DNA of 53,950 nucleotides, the filler included, from Perkinsus olseni (taxonomy: Eukaryota): assembly GCA_013115125.1 (NCBI GenBank). It is 3 parts of 3 records of this genome, joined end to end, with 100 filler letters (N's around TTAATTAATTAA, not from the genome) between each part and the next. Parts side by side here need not be neighbours in the genome. Positions count along the whole stretch, not along the records: positions 18,042 to 35,951 come from JABANN010000628.1; positions 36,052 to 53,950 come from JABANN010000629.1; 1 more part is not named here. The stretch is one strand, 5' to 3'. The notes under the pieces are model-generated. The model did not search any database, was not told the DNA's origin, and saw nothing but the letters and a program-made list of their open reading frames with translations. Position numbers and translations under genes: made by a program. Positions 23,585 through 36,220 of this stretch are shown here, piece by piece. Position 1 is the first letter of the stretch, and each line of letters starts with the position of its first letter.

Positions 23585-23821
23585 TTAGACGTGAAGATAC
23601 TGCACTTTGATGCTAACCAGCTTCTCATTAGCTACGTTGGACTACTCGCACTTCCTCATAGCGTCAGCGAAACACAGGGAGACAGAAAAAGTTGTGCCAC
23701 ATTTGTGGTTCGCACTCCCACGACGATTCGGGGCTGCACTTGGACGCATTTTGCGTCTGTTAATGAGTTAGCTCCAGTTTGAGTGGTGATGATACCATGG
23801 CGCAGAACCGTTGATGAGGTT

Positions 23822-23879
23822 CAGCGGAAGGTCAGGACTCCTGACCTTCCGCTGGAGGGGAGGACTCCTGACTCAGGAG
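23822..23879. repeat. Two adjacent perfect palindromes with a 1-nt centre
   Basis: CAGCGGAAGGTCAGGA-C-TCCTGACCTTCCGCTG (23822-23854) and CTCCTGA-C-TCAGGAG (23865-23879). Confidence 0.9.
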
Positions 23880-24429
23880 GGGAGGACCCGATGAGTGGAT
23901 GGGGGACCGAAGCCGGAACCCAGGGCGGCAGTCTAGAAGCAGGGTTCATTTGGGTCTGGAACTGGAGTTGGCTTGGTGAGCCGTAAAGCGCCCAGCTGTT
24001 TGCCTGCCGAGGACCGACTCAAGCGAGTAGAGTGGCGGCCAGCTGATGAAGTCTGACCGCTCAGTTCTTGACCCAGTTCGCCGGATAAGACAGATTAAGA
24101 TGATTTGTTGTTTGGCATGACTGGGTGTATCATGTTTTTGTGATAAACTTCACGATAATTTCAAAAAAACTATCTGTATGGGGTACTCCATGCCGTGTCT
24201 TATGGCAACATATAGACCGCACTGACGCACAGATAACAAGGAAAAATCAGTCAGACGACGGCAGCCGTGCGGGAGAGATCAGCGTGCGTATGGACACCCT
24301 CAGAGCGAAGGCTCGCTGCAGGAACACTTCTGTTACGAAGTCCAGACAACCGCCTTAGACTTGGTAAAACGCGACACCTCTGCAGATTCGTTACAACATC
24401 AACAGCACAGGGTTATCATGTCTTTATCA

Positions 24430-25432
24430 TTCGTCAATTCGCGAGCAAATAACAGTGGAAGAGATTGATAAGTAGATAGCGTAAGACACTACTCGATGCG
24501 ACCAAGACCTCACCTGAACCGCGTCTCCACACGTTTCCCACCAGCACGCTTGGCCTCCTCAGCGATGTTGTAATACTTGGTGCATAAGTCATGATAAGTG
24601 GGGAATATCTTCTGGAGAGTCGCGAGCCCATTAGCGCATATCTTCCCAGTGATCTCTTTAGCCTTCGGAAGGTTGGAATAGAGCCGATCGATAGCGTCCT
24701 TAGCATCCCATTGTATGGCTGCGACAGGATCTTGCGTGCGATTATATTTCCACCAAGGCGTAAAGACGTTAATGAAGTCGTATGAAAGGGGAATACTGCG
24801 ATGATACACATTATACCACCAAATTCTACAGAAAGAGTATCTGACAATGCAAACAAGTCGAACACGTAGTGTACTGAACGGACCCTTCCCGAGGAACAAA
24901 CCATCTGATGATCACTTCATAACGATCTGTGCAGAGAACCGATCGAGCGCGTCGGTGATGGTTTAATTGAGCTGGTCCGGCACCCGACTATATACTCACA
25001 CACAGGCTGTATACATATCTTCTCACCCTATCTCGAAGCTAGGCCTGTTCTCAGTTTCAGGGCAGCGCACGTTCCCGGTTGATATGAGATTCTCCTCGAC
25101 ATTGATCTTCAACAGGGAGGCCTGCCTTCCCTTCAGCGTTTTATTGCCGAATGTGCATATGACTGCTTTGTCGCCCAAATCGGGGTACAAATACGAGTGT
25201 CCAGGCAATGAGGGGTATCCCTGATAGCGAAAAATGGGTGATCACCCGTGGCCTCTACTGTGAGAGCAATGACAGTCGAAGGACTTCACAATTGATAGTC
25301 CAGTGCAGCCGTTACCGCCCTCCTTACATCGTGAGATGCGGCCGCGCCGATGGCATCCCCAGTGGGCAGGTTTGACGATATCAATGCAATAGCGATAGCC
25401 GAAACTCCGATGATGAACTGTTTATTCGACAT
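24430..25432 (-). CDS. Unknown secreted-type family protein, copy B (3' end approximate)
   Basis: Exon 1 MSNKQFIIGVSAIAIALISSNLPTGDAIGAAASHD ends at gtaag. Exon 2 is GYPSLPGH...CPETENRPSFEIG. A later exon reads QDPVAAIQW...ICANGL...TYHDLC. Confidence 0.65.
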
Positions 25433-26276
25433 TGAGTGATCAACTTTAACGCTGCAGGGCACGGAAGGTGTGCACTATTGCCGTCCTTGCCGTTGATAAG
25501 GATGACTGTGCCCTTCACGCTGTTAAGGACATTTCCCCACGGTCGTGATCACAATCAAGACGTTAGAGGGGCCCTCACAGTTCTTGAATGTCTGGAAAAG
25601 GTAATACCGCACGAAAGTTCGGCGTCGCTCGCCTAGTCAGCCCGGAATTGAGCATGTGTAGGGTACAGTTCTGTTGACGATTCTTTCCCTCTTCGGTTGA
25701 GGGTGAGTCACGGGCCGGTCTCAACGAGCCCCCCCCCCAGTCCACAGACACTCGGTGATGCTCACAAAGAGTACCGCGTCCCCAACGGGTGAAGTTGCGT
25801 ACCAGTTCTTATCAACCATTGGGGGCCTCAAGTCAATGAGTCTGATATTCTGTTACTCAATTGCACTAGCGAAGTCATCAACTAGCGTCAAGCTAAGCTC
25901 AGGCTTCATCGTTGTACACCCGCACAACCTTGCCCTTGCTCAGCAAGCTCTATTGCGCGCCAACATGAATCTCTCCAATATCCCGGCGTTACCAGGGATT
26001 ACACTTTGACTCCTACCGATGTGCTCAGTTAGGGGCTCTCTGTGGCGTTGATACGTAGCGCAGTGGGTATGATAGCAGGGACGTACTAATAATCCATTTT
26101 AACTCGGACAACGCGAAGATGAGTAGTCACACGCAAACAACAACATCGTCATCATGGTTTTGGTACTGATCCACCGGCAACAAAGTGAAGCGCTGATAGA
26201 TAAAGACGATCGACTTAGCAACAACTCCTCCAAACTTGGCCAACGGATCAACTCAGAATCTTATTCACTTTGATGA

Positions 26277-27015
26277 TCAAAGCTCGATTCCACCAGCACG
26301 AAGGACTTCTTTGCCGATAGCGTAGTTCTTGGCGCACAGATCTTTATAGGTGAGAAACTTCTTTTTCAGAGCTGTGATGCCGGTCATGCAGATTTTCTCA
26401 GTCTCTTCATTGCTCGGCGAAGCACTAGATTTAAGGATAGCTGATAGCACCCCCGGCACTCCAACGCACGCTCGCGAGAGGGTCCTTGACCGGGCCATCA
26501 CCCTTGAACTCATACGACGGTCCATAGCCACCGCCCGGGGCGTCTAGATTAAACCACATAATACTGCCCCATAGGTACCTGCGTAAACATGACGGAATGA
26601 GATGAAGGGGCCGTAGCGTGTATCCCCCATCACCCCATATCGAAGCCGGTTCTGCCACCAGCCGCGGGGCAATGCACTTTCCCTGTCGACATGTCGGTCT
26701 CGCCAAGGAGGATCTCGAGTCGTGTAACCTGTCTTCCATCATCGAGCTTTTCAATACCAAACTCGCATTTGACAGTTCTGCCGCCGTAAATGGGTTTATA
26801 ATGGCGGTGGCTCGACAAGGAGGGGTATCCCTGAGAGGGAAGTTGCAGCCGAATAGAGTGGCATCTCAGAATCCGTGCTGTTGCAATGGAGTTGTTACCG
26901 CCCTTACTCCGCTACGTGCCGCTGCGCCGATAGCATCCCCGAGGGGTAGTAAGCTCGCCACAATAGCGGCAACTACAGTCGAAACTCCCAGGATTAACTG
27001 CTGTTTGCACGACGT
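26277..27015 (-). pseudogene. Secreted-type family copy C, pseudogene
   Basis: Aligns to copy D, but the start codon is ACG (27013-27015). There is also a +1 frameshift near 26435 (GAISYP* versus GAFRRLKS in copy D). Confidence 0.75.
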
Positions 27016-28208
27016 TCGAAGAATTACGTGTAAGGCTGCATGAAGGCGTCCTTGAGGGAGTATCTACAGTACTACTACTACTACTGCAGGAGGCGCTGAG
27101 GCCAGTGCCTTGTGCTAGTGGCGGCTCGAGTGTGAGGGGGGAAACTGGTAGCGCACGGAAGGAGTGAGGTATCGCTCGCCTCGTCGAGTGAGGCTGAGTT
27201 TGTTGGCGTCACGCGGTCTCAGGCCTGATCGTAGCTTCACGCCTAACTCGTGAACACCGGACCGACCGACTGCCATTGGTAAAGGGCGGAAAAGGCACGT
27301 CCAAGATGCAGAACAGAAACACTTCGGGTGGCCGAGAAGGGCTTAGCGAAGGAACAAAAAGACGAGGTCACATTTTACATCAGAATCCACGCGCTGCTTG
27401 CTGCAGATAACATCTACCTGAGGGCCTCTACCAGAAGCAGTAATGCAATATCTAACACCGATCGAAGATCTCGGTTCAGAGGATCAACTTCAGACTCGGC
27501 AGGGCTCACGCCCGGGCGGGAGCCCAATCTGAGAAGTGTACTTGTGCAAGTGCGCAACTAGGGAACCTTCTGCTGATGCTAGTAGGAGATTATTACTTCG
27601 ACTAGAGTCTAGATTGGACACAATGATTCTGAGATTATCTCGGGGTCTCCCTCTCTACATATTCCTGTCGCGTTCCCAATGGATAACACATTTGCAACTC
27701 CGTTAGCGAAGAACAGCCCAAATCTCAACCACAACCGAAGCCGCGGAACCATGGTGGCGGACGAACACGCCGTCCTCCAAACGGCGGACCTGGAGAAGGG
27801 AATTACCCTTGAGGATTGTAGATTGTGCGGAGACTACAACTGTTAAGGAGGTTTCGACGGGACACGCTTCAAGCCTCAACACCAGCAGGATCGTGTGTGC
27901 GAGTTCATAGTCCAACGCTTACGGTTCCGGCTCAGACTCTTGTCGATGGGTTCAGTTGGGGGCTCTCTGTAGCGTTGATATGCTTTGCAGTGCTTATGAT
28001 GGCGTGGACGTACTGATAATCCATTCTAACTTGTAAAACACGAAAGATGAGTAGTCACACACAAAGAACAACATCTTTATCATGGTACAGATCTATCTGG
28101 GTAGATGTAACCACAGGTGATGGAACAAAAGGGTACCAGCTGATAGATGGATATGGTCGATTAAAGAGCTTCTCTGGATTTGGTGACCTCGGAGGCCAGG
28201 CCTCCTGA

Positions 28209-28994
28209 TCAACTGAAGACCTTCACTTTGCTCCCACCACCAGCAGCAGCACGGAGGGCTCTCATGGCGGTCTGGTAGTTCTCGGCGCATAAATCCGTGT
28301 AAGTGAGAATCTTCTTTTTGAGAGCCGCGATTCCGGCCAGACAGATTATCTTAGTCTCCTCATTACTTGCCGAAGAGATAGACTTGAGTCTTCTGAAAGC
28401 ACCCCCATCACTCCAACGAAGGGTTGCGAGGGGGTCCTCATCATATTCGGGAAGTGGAACATTCCTGAAGCTATGCAACGGTCCTTCGGCGCCGCCAGGA
28501 GCATCAGGGGTATACCGAGAAACTGGTCCCCATAGGTACCTGCGTGAAAGTGAAAGAAGGGGAAGGTGTAGTGCAAGAGCCCGTATCGCTCATCACCCTA
28601 TCTCAAAGTCTGGCCTATCATCAGCTTCGGGACAACGCACTTTGCTTGTCGACATATCGTTCTCGCGGAAGTTGACCTCGAACAGTGTAACCCGTTTTCC
28701 ACCACCGAGGATCTCATGGCCAAACTCGCATTTGACAGTTGTGTCGCCATTGATGGGTTTAAATTGGCGGTGGCTCGACAGTTGGGGGTATCCCTGAGAG
28801 GGAAGCTGCAGCTTTTCTGTGGTAAAGCCGAATAGAGTAGCATCTCAGAATCCGTGCTGCTGCAGTGCGGTTGTTACCCCTCTTACATCGCCTTTGGCTG
28901 CTGCGCCGATGGCACCCCTGAGGGGTAGTAGGCTCGCCACGACAGCAGCAACCATAGCCGAAACTTCGATGATGAAATGGTGCTTGGGCGACAT
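28209..28994 (-). CDS. Unknown secreted-type family protein, copy D (3 exons)
   Basis: Exon 1 MSPKHHFIIEVSAMVAAVVASLLPLRGAIGAAAKGD ends at gtaag. Exon 2 is GYPQLSSHRQF...CEFG...RCPEA. Exon 3 is YLWGP...DPLATLRW...IICLAG...TYTDLC...KVFS*. Confidence 0.75.
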
Positions 28995-29705
28995 TCGGGG
29001 GATTACGTGTAGTACTGCGGGGAAGCAACCTCGAGGGGAATGTCTACTACTACTGCAGGAGGCGCCGAGGTCATGGCCTGGTGTTAGTGGCGGCCCGAGT
29101 GTGAGGGGGAAACAGGTAGCGCACGAAAGAAATGAGGTATCGCTCGCCTCGTCAAGCGAGGCTGAGTCGACTGGCGTCACGAAGTCTCGGTCCTGAGCGC
29201 AGCTTCTCGTCCAATACTCGTGAACACCGGAGTCACCGGGCTGGCAAGAGGTGAAGATTGCACCTCCAAAAGGGAGAACAGAAACATTCCTTATGGCCGA
29301 GGAGAGACAGAAAGACATCAGATTTCATGCCCTTTCCATGTCGATGATTGGAGCTTTCGACGACTCGTCGTAACCCAACCGACCCAGCTATCCCATAGTC
29401 AGCCAGTCCACTTCATAGCGAGTGCATCTTCATCCACTACAATTTGATCCACCCTATCTCACCAATCACAATCACCTTGGAATGATCTCCCCTTTCGCCC
29501 AGTCTGTCTTCCTTCGTGTAACAGTCGGATTACGTCCAATCTCGGTCTCATCTTGTCCACCGAGCTCCCCGAGTGAAGAGCGTCCGAGTGTTCGTTGGTG
29601 TCTCTGTTACTGTAAACACTGCCCTTCGTTAATTTACCGGCCAAAGCATTTGGTAGCATGCTACATTACTAATATCATCGCAATAACAGTGAGTCATTCC
29701 AACTA

Positions 29706-31984
29706 CTATCGCCTATCACGACGAGGACGCTTAGCAGGAGGCGAAGCTTTCTGGCCGGCTGGAGCGGCCTCCACCGGCTTCGGCGTCAACAGCGTGCATT
29801 TACCTGAGACGATTAAGATCCCGAAAACGATGACAACCGACTAATACTCACTTTGAGGGCGACCCTCAAGAATATCAGAGAACTGAACCATGAATAGATG
29901 GTTATCTCGATCGTGGAAGTGAGAAATTCCGCGGTCCCAGACATCCACCAGGCCCACAGAGAACTCCTCGTTAACGACCTGATGCCAGTAGCCCGGGGGT
30001 ATCACAATCATCTGAGAACGGGCGAGCCTCATGATCAACAGATAGCGGCTATGCTCACATCTCCTGGCATCATCGTGCTCAGGCTGAAAGAAGTCGGTAA
30101 ACCTTTCATTGACTTCCAATTCGCGAAGTGCCTGAGGAGAATTTGAGGGGGCTGCAATGACGAAGCCGCCCGAGAGGGATTACGCTGTATCCAGAACCAT
30201 GTCCTGCCCATTAGTGAGAGGTATTTCCCGCTTGGCAGAGCCAGTCTGAGCCTTGTCTGAATACATGATGATAGGCATCATCGGGACCCCCGTTCTCAGT
30301 TGCGCAAAATCGCATCGGCTGTGTGGTCTAGTGGTATGATTCGCGCTTCGGGTGCGCGAGGTCCCGGGTTCGATTCTCGGCTCAGCCCATTTTATGCATT
30401 TCCAACCTACTGATGAAGACTTCCATCCTCCCCCTATCATCATCACTGAAGGCTATGACGGACTTCCTTCCCTCGATACAATACCTGCCAGCCGACTCGC
30501 GACACCCTGGAACTCTCTTCGCAAACTCGGTTGCCTACAGCGTGGCAAAGCCGTTGTCCTCCCGATCGATGTGAATAACCGAGTAGCTGCCAGGCTCGCC
30601 GACCAGCAGGCTCGGCCCCTGCCCCCTCTCATGCAATGGACACATTTCGAAAGGGTAGATCTTGTCCACCACTTCCACCTGAAGTGGTCACAAGGTTTCA
30701 CTAATCGGGCGCCAGCAGGTACTACTGTGTCACGCTGATACGCGCATTGCCCATAGGCCACCCACTTCCTCGGAGGTCCTATGCCCATGACCTGATACAC
30801 CTGGCAGTGGCCCTAGAATAATTCACACACAGCAGCCCACCTCGCTAACTTTCCCCTGCATGACTTTTTTTCCACCACCGCCCCCGAGTTCCACGTAACT
30901 ACCCATCCACCCGTACTACCGTCTAATCAAGATCGTTACGACTCACCCCGGCATCTCCCTTTCCAGCACTTCTTCTAGTTTAAGAATCTACCAGCAATCT
31001 CGCTGTCCCCTATTCAACGCCCACCAGACCGTCGTGCATTACCACTGAGCCCGCATGGCCTGCTTTGCTCGCGACAGTCGATACAGATTCTGATGAGCCT
31101 GACTCCGCCTGCGCCCGCAGGGTATCTAGGACAGATTCCGATCCAAGCTTACACAGTTGGAGAGCTTCCAACCTATGGGGATAAGCTTTGAGTATCGCAA
31201 CGTGAGATCATCTAGCATGCTTCGGTTGTATTCCTTCGGTACGGGTTCATGCATCACGACCAGCTCGTTTAACTGACCACCATGGCTGCAGACGGGAAGG
31301 GAACCCTGCGCCTCTCGCTCACATCTGGGATACACCGGAAGAGGCAGCAAATGTCGTACATCGACCGCCGCTTGCCATTTGGCCGCAGCGTCAGGAGATC
31401 CTGAAGGCCCAGCGCAGCAGCGTAGCCGGCAAGCGTGACTGATATGTTTCTACCTGCACATTCACGCGGGGCAGCAGGGTGCATTTCTCCACGAACACCC
31501 CCTCCGGAATCGTTTCCCGAGGGTCCTCATCATCCCATCTTATCTACCAACGACCCGGGTTCGATCCCTTGTAACGTCCACCAAATATTACCCTGTATGT
31601 TTTCGACTTCGGTCGCCAGGAGCAGATCGTACCGGTGTAGTATCTTACACCCATTCTGTGCTGTTGGGACGGACGACACTCCCCCGGCTTCATATTTTAC
31701 GCGGTAGGAAACGAGCAAGAGCGAAAACATGACGTTTATTGCTAGATAGTAAATTTCGGACGAGTCCATGTAGGCTTACTGCTGTCCAGCATCATCGAAT
31801 ACCATCTCGAACCTCCTCCCGATGATCTCCTCACGGCTACCCCCTTGACCGACAGCTGACGATGACGACGAGTCTGAGACACTTGCAAGATGTTTGCTCG
31901 GTTAATGACTTATCACCGACCCTTCCTCTTGTCGCCTAGCGCGAACTCCTTGAGGGCGGGCTGATCCGCCGCGGCCGTATACAT
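29706..31984 (-). CDS. JmjC-domain (cupin 2OG/Fe(II) oxygenase) protein, multi-exon
   Basis: Exons carry VIHIDREDNG (HxD), CIEGRKSVIAF and IVIPPGYWHQVVN (distal His). The C-terminus is basic and NLS-like (PAKRPRRDRR*). The start MYTAAADQP at 31984 is inferred. Confidence 0.75.
30317..30388 (+). tRNA. tRNA-Pro(CGG), antisense within a JmjC-gene intron
   Basis: GGCTGTGTGGTCTAGTGGTATGATTCGCGCTTCGGGTGCGCGAGGTCCCGGGTTCGATTCTCGGCTCAGCCC forms a typical Pro cloverleaf with loop TTCGGGT, followed by ATTTT. Confidence 0.93.
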
Positions 31985-32887
31985 GCGTAGCAGACAATGA
32001 CGCAGGGACGAGCCGATTTACTTACTACCACAACTCAACAAAAACGGGCACAAGAAGACGCAATGACGTTAAAGACGATAGTAAGGCACTCAAGCAGGAG
32101 TACCGCACTCTCCCCTCCTCCTCCACGGTCGACTACACCCAAGCGGAGGGCCTCGCGATAGCTCACTCTGATGGCAGACGAACACGAAATGACGGGGTAA
32201 CTGCTGTTGTGAGATGGATGGAATATAGGTGCGAGATGGCGTCTGCGGGAGTACTGGAACGAAGGCAGTCGAGAGAGTGTCCTCGGAGTAACGTCCTACA
32301 CGGGTGCTCCTGACGGTGAGGAACGACTCCGTTACCCCCTCCTCTACCGGGCTGAAGGTCATTGGCACAAACGCAGAGGCCGGGCTGGTAATACAACAGA
32401 ACTACTCAGGTAGGCGGTGTGGCCGGGCGAGGGGCGTTACTCGCAGCCACTCCGATTACCCTAGAGGCAATTCCCTTGCAGCGCCCACCGTCATATCGCC
32501 CGAATCCCGATACCGCCCTTCCTGTACGCAGGCACAAGAGGGGACTCTAAGCTAAGCAGCGTTAACCGAGAGACATCTGAGCTGGCTCGCCGGTCATACG
32601 ATGATACCGAGTTGTCGATGCCGGGAATCGAACCCCGGACCTTCCGCACCACCCTTCACCCCACCACGCCCCGAGGACAGTCCATCACACCTCTGAGCTA
32701 AGGTTAGTTTATCACCTCCACACAACACATGCCTCTCTCCTTCCTTCCTCCGACTTGCCTGCAAAACCAAAGGGCCATATCCGAGCTTTGGAGGGAGTCA
32801 ACCGTTTACACTAACGCTGAGTTAGTTGGCTCCGTGAAGTGCTGGAGGTAGGTTATTGATGAGGGGGTTGCCATCGCGTCCACTGAG

Positions 32888-32889
<2 letters not shown>

Positions 32890-32950
<61 letters not shown>
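32890..32950. repeat. (CTA)n microsatellite, ~20 units
   Basis: Uninterrupted ctactacta... run. Confidence 0.95.
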
Positions 32951-33221
32951 CGTCCATTGATCGTGCAACGGCCACAATACAACCAGACAGAATCTGGTTG
33001 ATCTGAAGGCACATGGGAAGCTGACCTATAGTGCATCGAGTATCTGTGTGAAGCCAGCTTCAACTTATAATACCAATAATAACCTCCAAGTCTCGACTGA
33101 ACGCAAGAAGGCCTCATCATTAGACACAACAACCACAATGCCATGCTAGCGTTCCGAGAGGAAGAACAACAACAATGGCTACTCGATGAATGAAGACAAA
33201 AAAAGTTACCCGTCCTCGAAC

Positions 33222-34143
33222 TCATTTGGGGTGGTACACCTTCTTGCCCTCTTCCACTACCCAGCCATCCTCTCCAACAGCCCCAACAGCCCCAACAGCT
33301 TCCTCAGCAATTCCGTGGTACTCAGCGCACAGCTCCTCGTACGAAGGGTATTCCCCTCTAACAGCCTTCACGGCAGCATTACAGATACCTTCCAGAATCT
33401 CAGAAGCGAACAGCATATCTTTATCTCCATCAGCCATGTGGTCGTTTACGAACACAAGTGGAACCCCTCCGTGCTGCCGAATTCTTTGAGCCGCCGCGGC
33501 GAGGCTACCCATAGCACGCTCATCGGCCCATGGTAGCTCCCTGAGTGGATCCAAACCTGTACTGTGAGGAGGAGCATTCCGCCGAAAGAAGTAGGGCAGT
33601 TTTCCTGTCTGATAGGTGCTGGGGGAATACGAGTAGATGGTCCGGCAGCCGGAGTAACTGTCGAGAAGAGAGCACAAACTACGATGAAGGTCCGACAAAC
33701 ACGCATTTTCTTATTGCCATGCGAACGCGCTTAGCCGAATCGTTCTTCACCCCGATTTCTCATTCATATCGTGCGAAAAGCATATGACTTACTCAACGTC
33801 GAAAGCAGCCCAATGTTGAGTCTCGGGGCAATGCACCATGCCGGTTCGAATGCCGTTCTTCAAGACTCGGAGGTGGAATGACGAACCTGGCTCCCCGTAG
33901 TAGTCGCCATAGAAGCATTGTGCTCGGCGGAATACGCTTTCATAGAGTGTCATGTTGGACAATAGAGGGTATCCCTGAGAGGAAGAAGAGAAAATTCTGT
34001 GCGATGATGAGCATCGAACAGTAGAGCCGTCTTACATCGTGAGAGGCTATCGTGCCGAGGGCGGCGTTACCGAGGGGCAAGTTCGACAGGAGGGCTACGG
34101 CAGTAGATGAGACCAAGATGATGGTATGCTGCTTGGTCAACAT
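33222..34143 (-). CDS. Unknown secreted-type family protein, copy E (3 exons)
   Basis: Exon 1 MLTKQHTIILVSSTAVALLSNLPLGNAALGTIASHD ends at gtaag. Exon 2 is GYPLLSNM...VHCPET. Exon 3 is YSGCR...PPHSTGLDPLRELPW...ICNAAV...SYEELC...YHPK*. Confidence 0.75.
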
Positions 34144-34473
34144 CCGAGTTATCAACGTCAAGACTGCATCAGGGCGTCCTTGAGGGCAGCCACCTCAGCT
34201 CCCCCACCTGCTGCTGCATCATGGCAATTCACCCACAATTCTCAGCACTGAAGTCAGAAGAAGAAACCGCCCGAACGAAGACACCATCCAGCTATTTATC
34301 GGAATGTCTACGATGGCCTACGAGGAGAATGCATCAGCTAATAACAGCTCGTGAATTAATATCGCAACAAAGACTGAGCAGTACACAACAGCCACAACAT
34401 CTTCATCAGCGATCACCCCGTGGTTGATCGATTTTTGGGAACGAGAATTCAAATTAAGGCAATTGTCTCACTG

Positions 34474-35300
34474 TCACCCTACCATTGGGTCGTAGAGAAC
34501 GGTATCATCCCTCCGATACAGCAATTTGCACTCAGCAGCGCGGACTGCCTCCTGAACACCTCCATGAAACGCAGTACACAAGTTTCTGCAAGTTGGGAAT
34601 CGCCCCTTGATGGCCGCGAGTGCAGCCGCGCAGATTTCACGTATACGATTCGCCGCCTCCAGTGCACTCTGATCGGCGACTTCCTTCATTCAAGGTGTTA
34701 AAAGAGAAAATCTTCCGACGGTTATTCCCGCGGATATTCCTCATAGCCGAGTGAAGGTCACTGAGAGCATCGCCCAGAGAACATCTGAGGCCTCTGAGGG
34801 GATCCAGCCCGGTGTTGTTTGGTGGTGGATGATCGACGAAAAGATACCAAGGTCGGCAAGGGGCAGGGTAGTTCATCATGTACCGTCTAATGGCGGCACG
34901 TCCGGAGTAACTGTGGTACGAAAAATACCAAAGCTGCTGTGTAACACGGAGAATTACTCGACGTTGAAAGCGTTCCAGAAGGGGGACTTGGGGCAGGTTG
35001 CTGAGGCCGTTGTGATGGCGTCCTCTGTGATGTAAAATTAAAGTGAGGAATGGCCTTGCCCTTCGGCTACGGAATTCCTGTAGTCACAGTAAGTGGGGTT
35101 GAACTCAGTCTCGAAGTAGGTAAGGTTAGACGGTAGAGGGTAACCCTAAAGGCACGATATGCAATACAACAATGAACTCTCACAGTCTTCTTAGATCATG
35201 AAAGATTATCAAACCGGTGGCGCTACTGCAGGGAAGGTTTGAGAGGAGAGCAACAGCGAGAGTTGAAGCTATTTCCAGTCGGTATTTGGGCAAGTAGTTC
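34474..35300 (-). pseudogene. Secreted-type family copy F, pseudogene
   Basis: Homologous exons are present (GYPLPSNL..., PPPNNTGLDPLRGL..., ICAAAL...RNLC). The intron-1 donor is CT instead of GT (35193-35194), there is an in-frame TAA at 35038-35040 and a frameshift near 34690-34720, and no ATG was found. Confidence 0.75.
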
Positions 35301-35780
35301 TGAATTCCAACAGAAAGCACTCCTCCAGTTGGGATAAGAGAGTAGGCAATGAAACCAAAAAAGACGAGACTCGACCAGTGGCAACCGATCTCTCGTTGCG
35401 GGTCTCTGGGGCGTTCAATAGACCTCTCCCGAACTCAGGGAGCGCTTCCTGCATTTGAGGTGTCGTCTGAGAAGCAATTCTGGGAGTGCTCTCTAAACCC
35501 AGGGGAGGACTACTCAACACGTGGTCAGATACCAGATAATCCGGGCCGTTTAATATAGTAATGCCGAAACTCAGTCGAGTCGATTCTGGAATCGCATTCT
35601 ACGAGGGAAAATCAGTCCCAGAAACGATCACGAGTTTCAGGCTTAGTTTGTTAGTCAGGGAGTTAATCTCTAGTCGTATGAAATCGATCATGCATTGGTT
35701 TATTGATCACCCCCAATGAGCCAATGCATCTAACATCTTGCGCACTAACAAATCCTCTATCAAGCATCGATCAAGACTAA

Positions 35781-36220
35781 ACTACATTCCCTCTGCGCCG
35801 CAACCCCACTTGACCACCCGCACCACGGTGAAGTCGCCAGGCTGCAAAATGCTCGCAAAGCGAGTGGAAAAACCGTATGACGTTATGGGGACCCGACGAG
35901 AGTTGGCCCGTACCTCACTATCAACAGGGACTCCTCCGTGGCTGGTGTAGCNNNNNNNNNNNNNNNNNNNNNNNNNNNNNNNNNNNNNNNNNNNNTTAAT
36001 TAATTAANNNNNNNNNNNNNNNNNNNNNNNNNNNNNNNNNNNNNNNNNNNNAGGAGCACGGGGCATCCGAGCCAAAGCAAGTGCTGGGCGTCTTCCAGTA
36101 TTTACAATATGACCCGGGATAAGTGGCAGCACAGTCGGCGTCGCACTCAGTGGTAGAACCCATCACGTATGTGATGCCTTGGAGGACACTGATAGCAAAG
36201 GAGAGGGCGAGGAGCGACAT
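35781..36220 (-). CDS. Small secreted Cys-rich protein spanning an assembly gap
   Basis: Signal peptide MSLLALSFAISVLQG followed by CDADCAATYPGSYCKYWKTPSTCFGSDAPC. Exon-like pieces on the other side of the gap (...PGDFTVVRVVKWGCGAEGM*) may or may not belong to the same gene. Confidence 0.55.

Larger units (their letters stand above)
26030..29240. repeat. Tandem segmental duplication (~26030-27260 versus ~27957-29240)
   Basis: The flanks are colinear as well as the gene, e.g. ggggctctctgt.gcgttgata...gaagatgagtagtcacac and gaggtatcgctcgcctcgtc...ctcgtgaacaccgga. Confidence 0.85.

Noticed and set aside
27750-28016. Small plus-strand ORF with a hydrophobic C-terminus, partly duplicated at ~26030-26090
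   Set aside because: The frame from the ATG to the hydrophobic tail could not be joined by a credible intron.
32090-32960. Possible minus-strand gene, including poly-Ser from the (CTA)n repeat
   Set aside because: Exon-like pieces exist, but I could not assemble a consistent reading frame or recognise a family.
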